Notes under the pieces: generated by a model
What the model was told of the DNA's origin: nothing
Databases searched by the model: none
What the model saw: the letters and a program-made list of their open reading frames with translations, nothing else
Assembly (NCBI GenBank): GCA_014190275.1
Contig: BJGE01000003.1
Coordinates: 10,258-74,257, forward strand
Reading direction: 5' to 3'
Origin: Actinomycetes bacterium
GTDB lineage: Bacteria > Actinomycetota > Actinomycetes > S36-B12
DNA: 64,000 nucleotides
Shown here: positions 1 through 9,006 of the stretch, in pieces
Position numbering within the stretch: the first letter of the stretch is position 1
Layout: each line of letters starts with the position of its first letter
Program-made: the position numbers and the translations under genes

Positions 1-892
1 CAGCGCTTCGTGCCTCCAACGCCGCTATCCCGAATGACTCCTTGGTCGATGGCTGAATAAATACATCACTGACCCCGAAGACAGACTTAATGCCCGCGGC
101 ATCCAGGCGCCCGGTGAATGTCACGGCAGCGGATAACCCGTGATCTCCTGCGTACTTCTCGGCGCGCGACCTATCTGGCCCATCGCCTATTACGGTGAGG
201 CTTATTGGCTGACCACTTCGCCTGGCCTGGTCTATTACGCGGAGCAAGGCAATTATTCGCTTCCGGGGTGCCAACCGCATGACTGTCACGACTCTAAGTT
301 CCCTGTCAGAACTTGGTGCCCGCTCGACTTGCCAACTTCCCGGGTCAATCCCATTTGGCACGACGAGAACCTCGCCCACCCCCGGCACCGCGGCAGCGAT
401 TAGTTCGGCAGCAATACGGCTCACCGCCGAAACTTGCACACCCCAACGCGATAGCCGGCCAATTTCATATGCTGCTCGAAAGCCAGGGCGCGCAATCGGC
501 CCCCACATGCTGTGAACTGTTATCAACGTGGGAATAGAAAGTTCATGGGTGGCCCGCAGCGCCCCCCAAGCGAATGGTGAAATCACACCAGCATGCACAT
601 GAACAACATCCACCGGGTTTGCGGTGAGCACCGAGGCGACATGGGCTCGAGTTCTCGGGTGAATCGGAAGGTCAAATGGCAACCGCATCGACACTCGATG
701 AACTTGGATTTTGTCTACCTCCTCACCGTCGAGGATTTCTGATCCCGTTGGTGCTCCACGGCGCCCCGGGGTAGCGGTGATCACGCGTACCTCATCCCCA
801 GCCGCAACCTGGGCCATGGCCAATGCGCGCACCTGCGACTCAATACCGCCGGTACGGGGCAGGTAGCAGTCACTGAGATGGGCAATTCGCAC
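1..892 (-). CDS. GT4-family (GT-B) glycosyltransferase, 3' end beyond window edge
   Basis: The minus-strand frame is open from GTG at 892 to the window edge. I checked 297 codons triplet by triplet and found no stop. It is missing from the ORF track because it has no in-window stop. The translation VRIAHLSDCYLPRTGGIESQVRALA...VMRLAPRKR...KESFGIAALEA fits retaining GT4 glycosyltransferase N- and C-terminal motifs. Confidence 0.8.
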   Translation of the reverse strand, partial: MRIAHLSDCYLPRTGGIESQVRALAMAQVAAGDEVRVITATPGRRGAPTGSEILDGEEVDKIQVHRVSMRLPFDLPIHPRTRAHVASVLTANPVDVVHVHAGVISPFAWGALRATHELSIPTLITVHSMWGPIARPGFRAAYEIGRLSRWGVQVSAVSRIAAELIAAAVPGVGEVLVVPNGIDPGSWQVERAPSSDRELRVVTVMRLAPRKRIIALLRVIDQARRSGQPISLTVIGDGPDRSRAEKYAGDHGLSAAVTFTGRLDAAGIKSVFGVSDVFIQPSTKESFGIAALEARSA

Positions 893-922
893 TCTGGGAC
901 CGTACGGCACAATGTCTCCATC

Positions 923-1729
923 ATGACGCCCCACCCGCCGCACACCCTCGTCTTCGTGCATGCGCACCCAGACGATGAGGCCCTTCTTACCGCTGGAACC
1001 ATGGCCCGGGCGGCGGCCGAAGGCCAGCGGGTGGTGCTCATCGTGGCGACAAATGGCGAAGCCGGCCTTACCTCGACTTCGTTAAGCGCTGGTCTTGGCC
1101 TTCGACGACAGGCCGAGTTAGCGGCTTCCGCAGATGCCATCGGAGTGCATCGGGTGGTGACTTTGGGATACCCCGACTCCGGGCTTAATGGGGAGCAGCG
1201 GGCTGGTTTTGCCCACTTGGACCGATTCACTATCGCAAAGGAAATTGCCGCCATCTTGGACGCGGAAGATGCCGATACGCTCATTGGCTATGACTCTGCA
1301 GGCGGCTACGGGCATCCCGATCACCTGCAGGTACATCGCGCCACCAGAGCCGCCGCGGTGCTAGCCAAGAAGCCACCTCAATTATTCGAGGCCACCTTGC
1401 CGCGTGAACCCATCGTCAAGGCGGTGCAGCTCGCTGCGAGATTGCACCTAACTCCAAGTGACTGGGATGCCCATGAGTTCGACCACGCCTGGACAGCAGG
1501 TGCCGAAATCACCCATCGGGTAAATGTCCGCCCTTTCATGAAAGCAAAGCGACAGGCCTTACGCGCCCACGCATCACAAGCCGGCGCCGACGGAACCACG
1601 AGAACTTTGGCGGTACTTACCCGAATCCCCGGTCCACTAGCTTCACTCTTACTAGGCACCGAGTACTACCTAAAAGTTTCAGACCCCAAAGCCGCTAAGA
1701 CCCGAGGTACCGCATCGGGCGCATCGTAA
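923..1729 (+). CDS. PIG-L/LmbE family deacetylase (MshB/Mca-like)
   Basis: This lies in ORF 878..1729. It has the motifs VFVHAHPDDE and GYGHPDHLQVH typical of zinc-dependent LmbE deacetylases. I prefer ATG 923 (MTPHPPHTLVFVHAHPDDE) because 878 would overlap the divergent GT4 start at 892. Confidence 0.8.
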   Translation: MTPHPPHTLVFVHAHPDDEALLTAGTMARAAAEGQRVVLIVATNGEAGLTSTSLSAGLGLRRQAELAASADAIGVHRVVTLGYPDSGLNGEQRAGFAHLDRFTIAKEIAAILDAEDADTLIGYDSAGGYGHPDHLQVHRATRAAAVLAKKPPQLFEATLPREPIVKAVQLAARLHLTPSDWDAHEFDHAWTAGAEITHRVNVRPFMKAKRQALRAHASQAGADGTTRTLAVLTRIPGPLASLLLGTEYYLKVSDPKAAKTRGTASGAS

Positions 1730-2601
1730 TCAATCCAAGTGATGCGCGAGTCACGTCGAAACCAACGTTGTTGGCGACGCGCGAATTTGCTGGTCGCATC
1801 GATAGTGGCTTGAAGTGCCTGCTCAGATGAACAATCTCCATTCAGGTAAGCCAGAACTTGGAGATAACCCAGGGCCCGTGATGCGGTTCGCCAATTAGCC
1901 AACCCGGCGGCAGCCAGTTCACGTACCTCGTCGACAAACCCGGCGGCCCACATCAGATGAACCCGTTCGGCTATGCGCTCATCGAGAACACTCCGTGGAA
2001 TCTCGAGCCCAATACGAATCGTCGGGTAAACCGACACTGGTGGCGGCAAAGTTGCGGTGAATGGTTCGCCGGTGAGCTCGATGACCTCAAGGGCGCGAAC
2101 AATGCGCCTACTATTTGTCGGCAATATCGCAGCGGCAGCCACCGGGTCAACCGACGCCAATCTCGCATGCAGGTGTGCCACGCCTTGCTCAAGTAGTTCA
2201 GCCTCAATCCTGGCGCGGGCTTGAGGATCCGTACCCGGAAATTTCAGGTCATCAAGCACGCCAGCGACATAAAGTCCAGACCCCCCAACCACTATTGGTT
2301 GCGCACCCCGCGAGATCACCTCGTCGATGGCCGAACGCGCCACTTGCTGGAATTGCGCGACGGAAACATCATGGCTCGGAGTCCAGACATCAACAAGATG
2401 ATGCGGAACCCCATCACGCTCGGTTTCGGTCGGGGTGGCCGTACCGATATTCATCCCAATATAGACCTGCATTGAGTCGGTGCTGATGATTTCGCCACGG
2501 CAGTGCTTAGCTATTGCTAGGGCCAAAGTACTTTTACCGACCGCTGTCGGCCCAACAATTGCCAGTACTTTCATGTTGTGCGCGCTATGTTCTGTGCTCA
2601 C
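1666..2601 (-). CDS. miaA: tRNA dimethylallyltransferase
   Basis: The 311-aa ORF has the P-loop GPTAVGKST and an overall MiaA-like sequence. Its GTG start overlaps the miaB stop (GTGA). An alternative ATG lies at 2574. Confidence 0.92.
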   Translation of the reverse strand: MSTEHSAHNMKVLAIVGPTAVGKSTLALAIAKHCRGEIISTDSMQVYIGMNIGTATPTETERDGVPHHLVDVWTPSHDVSVAQFQQVARSAIDEVISRGAQPIVVGGSGLYVAGVLDDLKFPGTDPQARARIEAELLEQGVAHLHARLASVDPVAAAAILPTNSRRIVRALEVIELTGEPFTATLPPPVSVYPTIRIGLEIPRSVLDERIAERVHLMWAAGFVDEVRELAAAGLANWRTASRALGYLQVLAYLNGDCSSEQALQATIDATSKFARRQQRWFRRDSRITWIDYDAPDAVPRVLAALGSETFR

Positions 2602-4052
2602 GCGGGGCGCATGGCAGGCAATCCCAATAACACCAAGTTATTGATGGGTTGCTCGCCCACATCGCCCGCTCGAGTCCGACGCAGCGAAATCACTCGATCA
2701 GCCACCAAATGATGGGGCGCCGCGTGCGTAATCTCCGCCGTGATCACATCACCGGGTCGCGGCACGCCCACCTCGAAGTTCAGTGCTACATGCACCAACC
2801 GGTTATCGGGTGCCCGACCAGAGACTCTTTCGGTGGCCTCGTCTTTACGTCCTTCACCGTTGGCAACCAAAACGGCGACGGTTTTGCCAACCAATTTTTT
2901 ATTCTCAGCCCAGGCAATGTCATTTGCTACCTCGACTAATCGAAGGTACCTGTCTTGCATAACTTCGTGCGGGATTTGCCCTGGCATTGAAGCGGCCGGA
3001 GTTCCGGGGCGCTGCGAGTACAAGAAGGTGTAGGCACCGGCGAATCGCGCTTCGCGCACCACGTGAACAGTCTGTTCAAAGTCCGCCTCGGTTTCACCCG
3101 GGAAACCAACAATGATGTCAGTGGTGATAGCGGCATCCGGCATTGCCTTGCGCACTTTATCGATAATGCCCAGGTACCGATCCTGGCGATATGAGCGCCG
3201 CATCGCCTGCAGGACATTATCGGATCCGGACTGCAGTGGCATATGTAATTGCGGCATTACATTGGCGGTTTCGGCCATCGCCGCGATCACGTCGTCGGTG
3301 AAATCCCGTGGATGCGGACTCATGAAGCGAACCCGCTCTAAGCCGGAAATTTCACCGCAAGCCCGCAATAGTTTTCCGAAAGCCTCTCGCTCTCCAAACT
3401 CGACCCCGTAGGCATTTACATTTTGGCCAAGGAGCGTGACTTCAAGGACTCCATCGTCAACAAGCATCCGCACCTCAGCGAGAATATCGCCAGCCCTTCG
3501 ATCTTTTTCGGTACCGCGAAGCGCTGGCACAATACAAAAAGTGCAGGTGTTATTGCAACCCACGCTCACCGAAACATACGCGGCATAGGCCGCATCGCGT
3601 TTTGTCGGCAGGCTCGAGGGGAAAACTTCAAGTGCTTCCTTGATTTCGATCTGCGCTTCATCTTCAATGCGCGCTCGCTCAAGCAGCATCGGAAGTGAAC
3701 CGATGTTGTGGGTGCCAAAGACCACATCGACCCATGGAGCCTTGCGCAAGATCTCGCCTTGGTCCTTTTGGGCAAGGCAACCGCCGACCGCGATCTGCAT
3801 GCCGGGGTTGCTCGCTTTAACCGGAACCAGATGGCTTAAATTTCCATACAGCCGGTTGTCAGCATTCTCTCGAACCGCACAAGTATTAAAGACGACTACG
3901 TTCGCGACCTGGCCCTGCACCGCGGGTACATACCCAGCGCTCTCAAGTAGCCCCGAAAGACGCTCGGAGTCGTGGACATTCATTTGGCAGCCATAAGTGC
4001 GAACCTGATAGGTGCGAGGCACCACACTGTCCTCCGACCATATCCTCGGCAC
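2598..4052 (-). CDS. miaB: tRNA-i6A37 methylthiotransferase
   Basis: The 484-aa ORF has the MTTase N-terminus [12 protein letters not shown], the radical-SAM motif [11 protein letters not shown] and a TRAM-like C-terminus. Confidence 0.95.
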   Translation of the reverse strand: MPRIWSEDSVVPRTYQVRTYGCQMNVHDSERLSGLLESAGYVPAVQGQVANVVVFNTCAVRENADNRLYGNLSHLVPVKASNPGMQIAVGGCLAQKDQGEILRKAPWVDVVFGTHNIGSLPMLLERARIEDEAQIEIKEALEVFPSSLPTKRDAAYAAYVSVSVGCNNTCTFCIVPALRGTEKDRRAGDILAEVRMLVDDGVLEVTLLGQNVNAYGVEFGEREAFGKLLRACGEISGLERVRFMSPHPRDFTDDVIAAMAETANVMPQLHMPLQSGSDNVLQAMRRSYRQDRYLGIIDKVRKAMPDAAITTDIIVGFPGETEADFEQTVHVVREARFAGAYTFLYSQRPGTPAASMPGQIPHEVMQDRYLRLVEVANDIAWAENKKLVGKTVAVLVANGEGRKDEATERVSGRAPDNRLVHVALNFEVGVPRPGDVITAEITHAAPHHLVADRVISLRRTRAGDVGEQPINNLVLLGLPAMRPA

Positions 4053-4158
4053 CTTGCCGACCGCAGATGTACAGCATCAGTCTATCTACCACCCTGCAAT
4101 AACCACATCCTCTGATCATTTAGGCCAGCGGGCGTGAGTGCGGTGACCCCGCCTGCCC

Positions 4159-4664
4159 TCAACCCGCGCATGGAATCGATCCCTCGACGGACCCGTGTGC
4201 GGTGGCTACCAATCCGGCAATTGCCTCGGGGTTCGTCACGATTTTCATGTGGTCAACTCCTGGGAGTGTGCGGATATCGCATGCAGGTGACGAGGTCCAA
4301 GCCTTAGGCGCGGCATTCATTAACGTGCTGTCGCCTCCGTCGCCGTCCGAAGTGATCACTGAGGGGCTAACCGCGCTCCAGAAGCCGGCGCACTCGGAGC
4401 GCCTTCGGGCAATATGTCAATCGGATTCATGGAGGGCAGCAGGAAGTCAAAGCCCGTAACACCTTTACCGATTAGCACCTGAACGTTGAGCGCACTCATC
4501 CCGAGCCCCGGGACGAAGACCACCGGTACCAGTGCGGCTCCAACAATAGATTTCGCTGTGCTTACTGCCATTGCTGTGCTTGCCGGCTGCTACGCCGTTC
4601 CCGCGCAACCTGCAAGTCCAACCACCGCTATCAGGAAGAACGCCAACAGATTCGGCAGGTCCAG
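4159..4664 (-). pseudogene. Remnant of a secreted lipoprotein alpha/beta-hydrolase (LCAT/lipase-like), with an in-frame stop, a frame change and an internal deletion
   Basis: The minus strand reads ..LPNLLAFFLIAVVGLAGC (lipobox) AGTA, then an in-frame TAG (plus 4590..4592). The same frame continues QPASTAMAVSTAKSIVGAALVPVVFVPGLGMSALNVQ.. to a stop at 4356. A different frame (4159..4359) carries LPGVDHMKIVTNPEAIAGLV, typical of the catalytic-His end of alpha/beta hydrolases. The pieces total only about 170 codons and have no GxSxG nucleophile elbow. Confidence 0.45.
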
Positions 4665-4707
4665 GCCTGTATCCCCTAATTGAGGTGTTTCTCGTAGAAC
4701 CCGCAGA

Positions 4708-7137
4708 TCAGACCGATACCTGGTCGCGAACTACCTCTCCACCGGGCAGGTCACCACCATCAGATGCACCGCCGGCGTAATCGCCATCTTCAATCTCGTC
4801 GGCTCCCGGCTCAATTTGCACCCGCGGCAAGATGCGATCCAGCCAATTCGGCAACCACCAGTTTGCTTTGCCAAGTATCGACATCAGTGAAGGCACCAAA
4901 ACCAACCGCACCAAGAAGGCGTCAATAATTACCGCCGAAGCTAGCGAGATACCGAATAACTTGATCGTTGAATCAGGGGTTGGCACAAATGCCAAGAAAA
5001 CACTCGCCATGATCGCTGCAGCGATCATTACGACACGCCCAGAGCCCGCGAGGCCGCGACGCACCGAGGCGGCGTTGTCGCCGGTGCGCGCCCACTCCTC
5101 TTGCATGCGGGTCACCAAGAAGACTTGATAATCCATCGATAGACCAAACAAAATTGCAAAGACCATGATGGGTAGGAACGGCATAATCGGACCGGTGCCA
5201 CTGATGCCGATTGGCCCAGCCAGCCAACCCCACTGGAACACGGCGACCGTAATACCCATCGCGGCGGCAAAACTCATCAGGCTGGTTATCGCTGCCGTTA
5301 ACGGCACCACTAGCGAGTGGAATAGCAGCACCAGAGCTAAGAAGCCCAGTCCGACAACTACCAACAGGAAAATAGGTAGTGCATTGGTTAGCACCGTTGT
5401 GAAGTCAGAGGTGATGGCCTGCGCGCCGCCGATATAAATTTCGGCACCGGTTGAAGCTTCAAGCCCCGGATTAACTTCACTTCGAAGCCGGTCAAGCAGC
5501 GCGGTTGTGGCTGCATCCTGCGGCGCCGAATTAGGCGTGATCATAATGGTGGCAACGGTGCCGTCAGGACCGAAAGAGTCAGGGTTCATCGCGATGAGTG
5601 GAACCATTTGGGCGGTTGGTAGTACGGCAGCCACGCCTTCAGCCTCGCTCAAACCGGTCACGATGGTAGTAAATGCTGTCACGTCATTTGGTGCCGGAAG
5701 TTTAACGGCTGCGAAGAAAGGCCCATTTACCCCGGGACCAAAACCACTTGACATTAAGTCATAGGCGATCCGCGAACTGCTGCCTTCGGGTTTTCCGGAG
5801 TCATCAGCGAACCCTTGCCGCAGGCTTAGTACCGGGATTGCCAGCACCACGATAACAACAACCGCGCCGATGGTGGTCAACCACGGCCGGCGCTGTAGGC
5901 CGTGGCCATATTGTGCCCAGCGCTTGCCTTCTGGGTGCACCTTCCCCGGCTTCTTTCCCCAAGGCAATCGAATACCCAGTGCCTTGTTGCCGAGCAGACT
6001 CAGTAGTGCCGGTAGCATCCAAAGCGCCGACAGCATCACCATCAGGACGGTCATGGCCGCAGCCACCGCCAGGCCGTCAAAGAAATTGATTCGCAGCACA
6101 AAGAGCCCGAGTAAGGCGATAATGACGGTGCCACCTGCGAAGAGCACCGCACGCCCTGCGGTTTCAACCGACTCCAGTGCGGCGGCCTTAGGCTGATGCC
6201 CGGCTAAGACTGCTTGCCTGAATCTGTTCATCACAAACAACGCATAGTCAATACCAACGCCTAGGCCGATCATCGCTGCCAAGGTCGGGGCGAATGTTGC
6301 GACGTCCAGGAAATTTGCAACCAGCAGTACCGCCATCTGGCCCATCGCCAGGCCTACCACGGCTACGAAAATTGGCATGCCGGCCGCAATCACCGAGCCA
6401 AAGGCAATCAGCAAGATGATGATGGCCACCCCAATGCCAATACCCTCGCTCTTGGGGGGCTCTTGCGCGGCCCACTCCAGCGCTTGGCCACTAGCACCAA
6501 CCTGAAGTTGGTCAGTATTCGCACTCTTAATCGCCGCTAGGAAGGCGGTGGCATCACCTGCTGAAACCACTCCGTCCACAAAAGTTACGTTCGAATACGC
6601 GACGCTGCCGTCGGGGCTCACCGCTGACGATGCCGCCGCGAATGCAGCCCCCGCATCGTTAATTGCTTCTTGTTGGTCCTGGGGTAGGCCCTTCAGCTGG
6701 TCAGGGGTCATCCCCGCTGGCGCCGCCGGGCAATTGGGCCCCAGGCCCGCACCTGTCGGCAAAGTAACGCAGCTGACACTGACCAAATCAGCGATCTGCT
6801 GTAGTACCGGCGTGATCTCACTAAGTACGAGTGGGTCGACCGCGCCACCTGTCGGAGTCGATGAAAGAGCCGTCGGCGACCAAACTATGCGTGCCCCGGC
6901 GCCAGAGCCTGCTGCGCCATCGCCACCATTACTCAATAGTTCTTGGGCTGCGGTTGACTCAGTCGCTGGAAGTGAGAAGGAGTCATTTAGCGCTCCGCCA
7001 AGTTGGCTACCCAGCCCCACGATCGCACCGAGTGCAATAACCCAAGCAATGAGCGCTACAACTGGACGCCGAATTGCCCATTTAGAAAGACCAGGCACGA
7101 AAAACCACCCCAAATAAGAAGTTAGCCGAAACGGCAA
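4708..7137 (-). CDS. MMPL family (RND-like) membrane transporter
   Basis: The 809-aa ORF has two clusters of hydrophobic helices, each preceded by a soluble loop domain. This is the typical MMPL architecture. Confidence 0.88.
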   Translation of the reverse strand: MPFRLTSYLGWFFVPGLSKWAIRRPVVALIAWVIALGAIVGLGSQLGGALNDSFSLPATESTAAQELLSNGGDGAAGSGAGARIVWSPTALSSTPTGGAVDPLVLSEITPVLQQIADLVSVSCVTLPTGAGLGPNCPAAPAGMTPDQLKGLPQDQQEAINDAGAAFAAASSAVSPDGSVAYSNVTFVDGVVSAGDATAFLAAIKSANTDQLQVGASGQALEWAAQEPPKSEGIGIGVAIIILLIAFGSVIAAGMPIFVAVVGLAMGQMAVLLVANFLDVATFAPTLAAMIGLGVGIDYALFVMNRFRQAVLAGHQPKAAALESVETAGRAVLFAGGTVIIALLGLFVLRINFFDGLAVAAAMTVLMVMLSALWMLPALLSLLGNKALGIRLPWGKKPGKVHPEGKRWAQYGHGLQRRPWLTTIGAVVVIVVLAIPVLSLRQGFADDSGKPEGSSSRIAYDLMSSGFGPGVNGPFFAAVKLPAPNDVTAFTTIVTGLSEAEGVAAVLPTAQMVPLIAMNPDSFGPDGTVATIMITPNSAPQDAATTALLDRLRSEVNPGLEASTGAEIYIGGAQAITSDFTTVLTNALPIFLLVVVGLGFLALVLLFHSLVVPLTAAITSLMSFAAAMGITVAVFQWGWLAGPIGISGTGPIMPFLPIMVFAILFGLSMDYQVFLVTRMQEEWARTGDNAASVRRGLAGSGRVVMIAAAIMASVFLAFVPTPDSTIKLFGISLASAVIIDAFLVRLVLVPSLMSILGKANWWLPNWLDRILPRVQIEPGADEIEDGDYAGGASDGGDLPGGEVVRDQVSV

Positions 7138-7182
7138 TTAAACCCTCAATGGGCGATATACGCCAATTTGTCAGTCGTGATA

Positions 7183-7752
7183 TTACTCGCAGGCACCTAT
7201 TGCTTCTTGGACAACGACTTGGGCCAGGTTCGCACAGTAGCCGCGCCGCATGAGTAGCCCCATTAGCCTCCGGCTGCGCGCCTTGGGGGCCAGGCGTTCG
7301 GTGGCACGTATTTTCGTGGCAATCAGGCGGCGGGCCCGCTCGTACTCATCGGCCTCGGTGATCAGGGCCAAGGCCGCTTCGGCGTCCTCGTCGCTGACCC
7401 CTTTTTGACGTAACTCGTGTTTTAGCACTGATCTGGTGCTGCCTTTGGTGCGCTGCCGGGATGTCACCCAAAGTTCGGCGAGTGCCGCATCATCAATAAG
7501 ACCCACCTCGGCATAGCGATCCAGTACTTGCTCACGGATGGATTCGGGGATGCCCCCCGCCAACAGATCAGTTGCTAACTCCGAGCGGGTGCGCGGGGCA
7601 TAATTTAGTTTGCGCAACACGATATTTCGGGCGTCCTGTTCTAAGTCTTGCTGTGAACGCTCCGGTGCGAGCGAGTCAAGATCCGACTCGCTCGCTGACC
7701 TCGACCGGGAGGTGGGGGTCTTGGCCCTTCTCGTGATTTGAGGGCTACTCAT
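7183..7752 (-). CDS. recX: Recombination regulator RecX
   Basis: The 189-aa ORF lies immediately downstream of recA with an ATGA start/stop overlap. It has RecX-like helical repeats (..LNYAPRTRSELATDL..). Confidence 0.9.
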   Translation of the reverse strand: MSSPQITRRAKTPTSRSRSASESDLDSLAPERSQQDLEQDARNIVLRKLNYAPRTRSELATDLLAGGIPESIREQVLDRYAEVGLIDDAALAELWVTSRQRTKGSTRSVLKHELRQKGVSDEDAEAALALITEADEYERARRLIATKIRATERLAPKARSRRLMGLLMRRGYCANLAQVVVQEAIGACE

Positions 7753-8867
7753 TACTCCACATCAATTGGCATTGCAGTTGATTTCGCCGAGGCTTTGGGT
7801 GCGGCCTCGGAAGTGCTCTGCGCCTCCGGCAACGCCGACGTTGGAATATCAGCGGGGGCATCAAGTTTGGCACCGATCCCCATTACCTCTTTGATTCGCT
7901 TTTCAATTTCGTTGGCGAGATCCGGATTGTCTTTCAAGAACGTCCGAGCATTCTCTTTACCTTGACCTAGTTGATCACTCTCATAGGTAAACCACGCACC
8001 AGACTTCTTGACTATCCCTTGATCAACACCAACATCAATCAGTGAGCCTTCACGTGAAATACCTTCGCCGTACAAAATGTCAAACTCCGCCTGCTTAAAG
8101 GGTGGGGCCACCTTGTTTTTTACGACCTTGACCCGGGTGCGGTTACCAACAGCTTCGGTACCACCCTTAAGGGTTTCGATGCGCCGTACATCAAGGCGCA
8201 CCGATGAATAGAATTTCAGCGCCTTACCACCGGTCGTGGTTTCAGGTGACCCGAACATCACACCGATCTTTTCGCGCAATTGGTTGATGAAAATACAGGT
8301 GGTGTTGGTGTTGCTTAGCGCACCGGCCATCTTGCGCAAGGCTTGGCTCATCAAACGCGCTTGCAGTCCAACATGGCTATCACCCATCTCCCCTTCGATT
8401 TCGGCCCGTGGCACAAGTGCGGCAACTGAGTCGATCACGATTAAGTCAAGTGCGCCGGAACGAACCAAGGTGTCGGTGATCTCTAGGGCCTGCTCGCCGG
8501 TGTCGGGTTGGGAGACATACAAGCTGTCAAGGTCGATGCCCAAGCGTGAGGCGTAATCAGGATCAAGGGCGTGCTCGGCATCGATAAAGGCTGCCAATCC
8601 CCCAGCCGCCTGCACATTTGCGATGGCGTGCAAGGCCAAGGTCGTCTTACCCGATGATTCGGGGCCATAGATCTCCACGATGCGGCCGCGGGGCAGACCT
8701 CCGATACCAAGAGCGACGTCAAGGGCGATCGACCCGGTCGGGATTACGTCGATTGGGATCCGACCTTCCTCACCCAGGCGCATCACCGAACCTTTACCGA
8801 ATTGCCGTTCGATTTGGGCGAGGGCGGCATCCAGGGCCTTCTCGCGGTCACCGGCTGCACTGGCCAT
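7752..8867 (-). CDS. recA: Recombinase RecA (no intein)
   Basis: The 371-aa ORF has the Walker A motif GPESSGKTT and a near-canonical RecA sequence throughout. Confidence 0.98.
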   Translation of the reverse strand: MASAAGDREKALDAALAQIERQFGKGSVMRLGEEGRIPIDVIPTGSIALDVALGIGGLPRGRIVEIYGPESSGKTTLALHAIANVQAAGGLAAFIDAEHALDPDYASRLGIDLDSLYVSQPDTGEQALEITDTLVRSGALDLIVIDSVAALVPRAEIEGEMGDSHVGLQARLMSQALRKMAGALSNTNTTCIFINQLREKIGVMFGSPETTTGGKALKFYSSVRLDVRRIETLKGGTEAVGNRTRVKVVKNKVAPPFKQAEFDILYGEGISREGSLIDVGVDQGIVKKSGAWFTYESDQLGQGKENARTFLKDNPDLANEIEKRIKEVMGIGAKLDAPADIPTSALPEAQSTSEAAPKASAKSTAMPIDVE

Positions 8868-8924
8868 GGGTGGTTCTCCCTGTCTTTTAGATGGTCATGT
8901 TCGTTGGACTGCGAACGATAAGCC

Positions 8925-8946
8925 GAGCCTGTGACACTCGAAGGCC
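8925..8946 (-). promoter_or_regulatory. RecA-NDp / PafBC-type DNA-damage promoter motif upstream of recA
   Basis: The minus strand reads TGTCACAG-gctcggct-TATCGT. This fits the mycobacterial RecA-NDp pattern tTGTCRgtg-N8-TAnnnT, which I recall from memory. The -10-like hexamer ends about 57 nt upstream of the recA ATG. Confidence 0.5.
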
Positions 8947-9006
8947 GGAAACAACCACCTAATAAGCCGGTGTGGATGCCAGGCCACCTGATGTCGTGAC
9001 AGGAAT

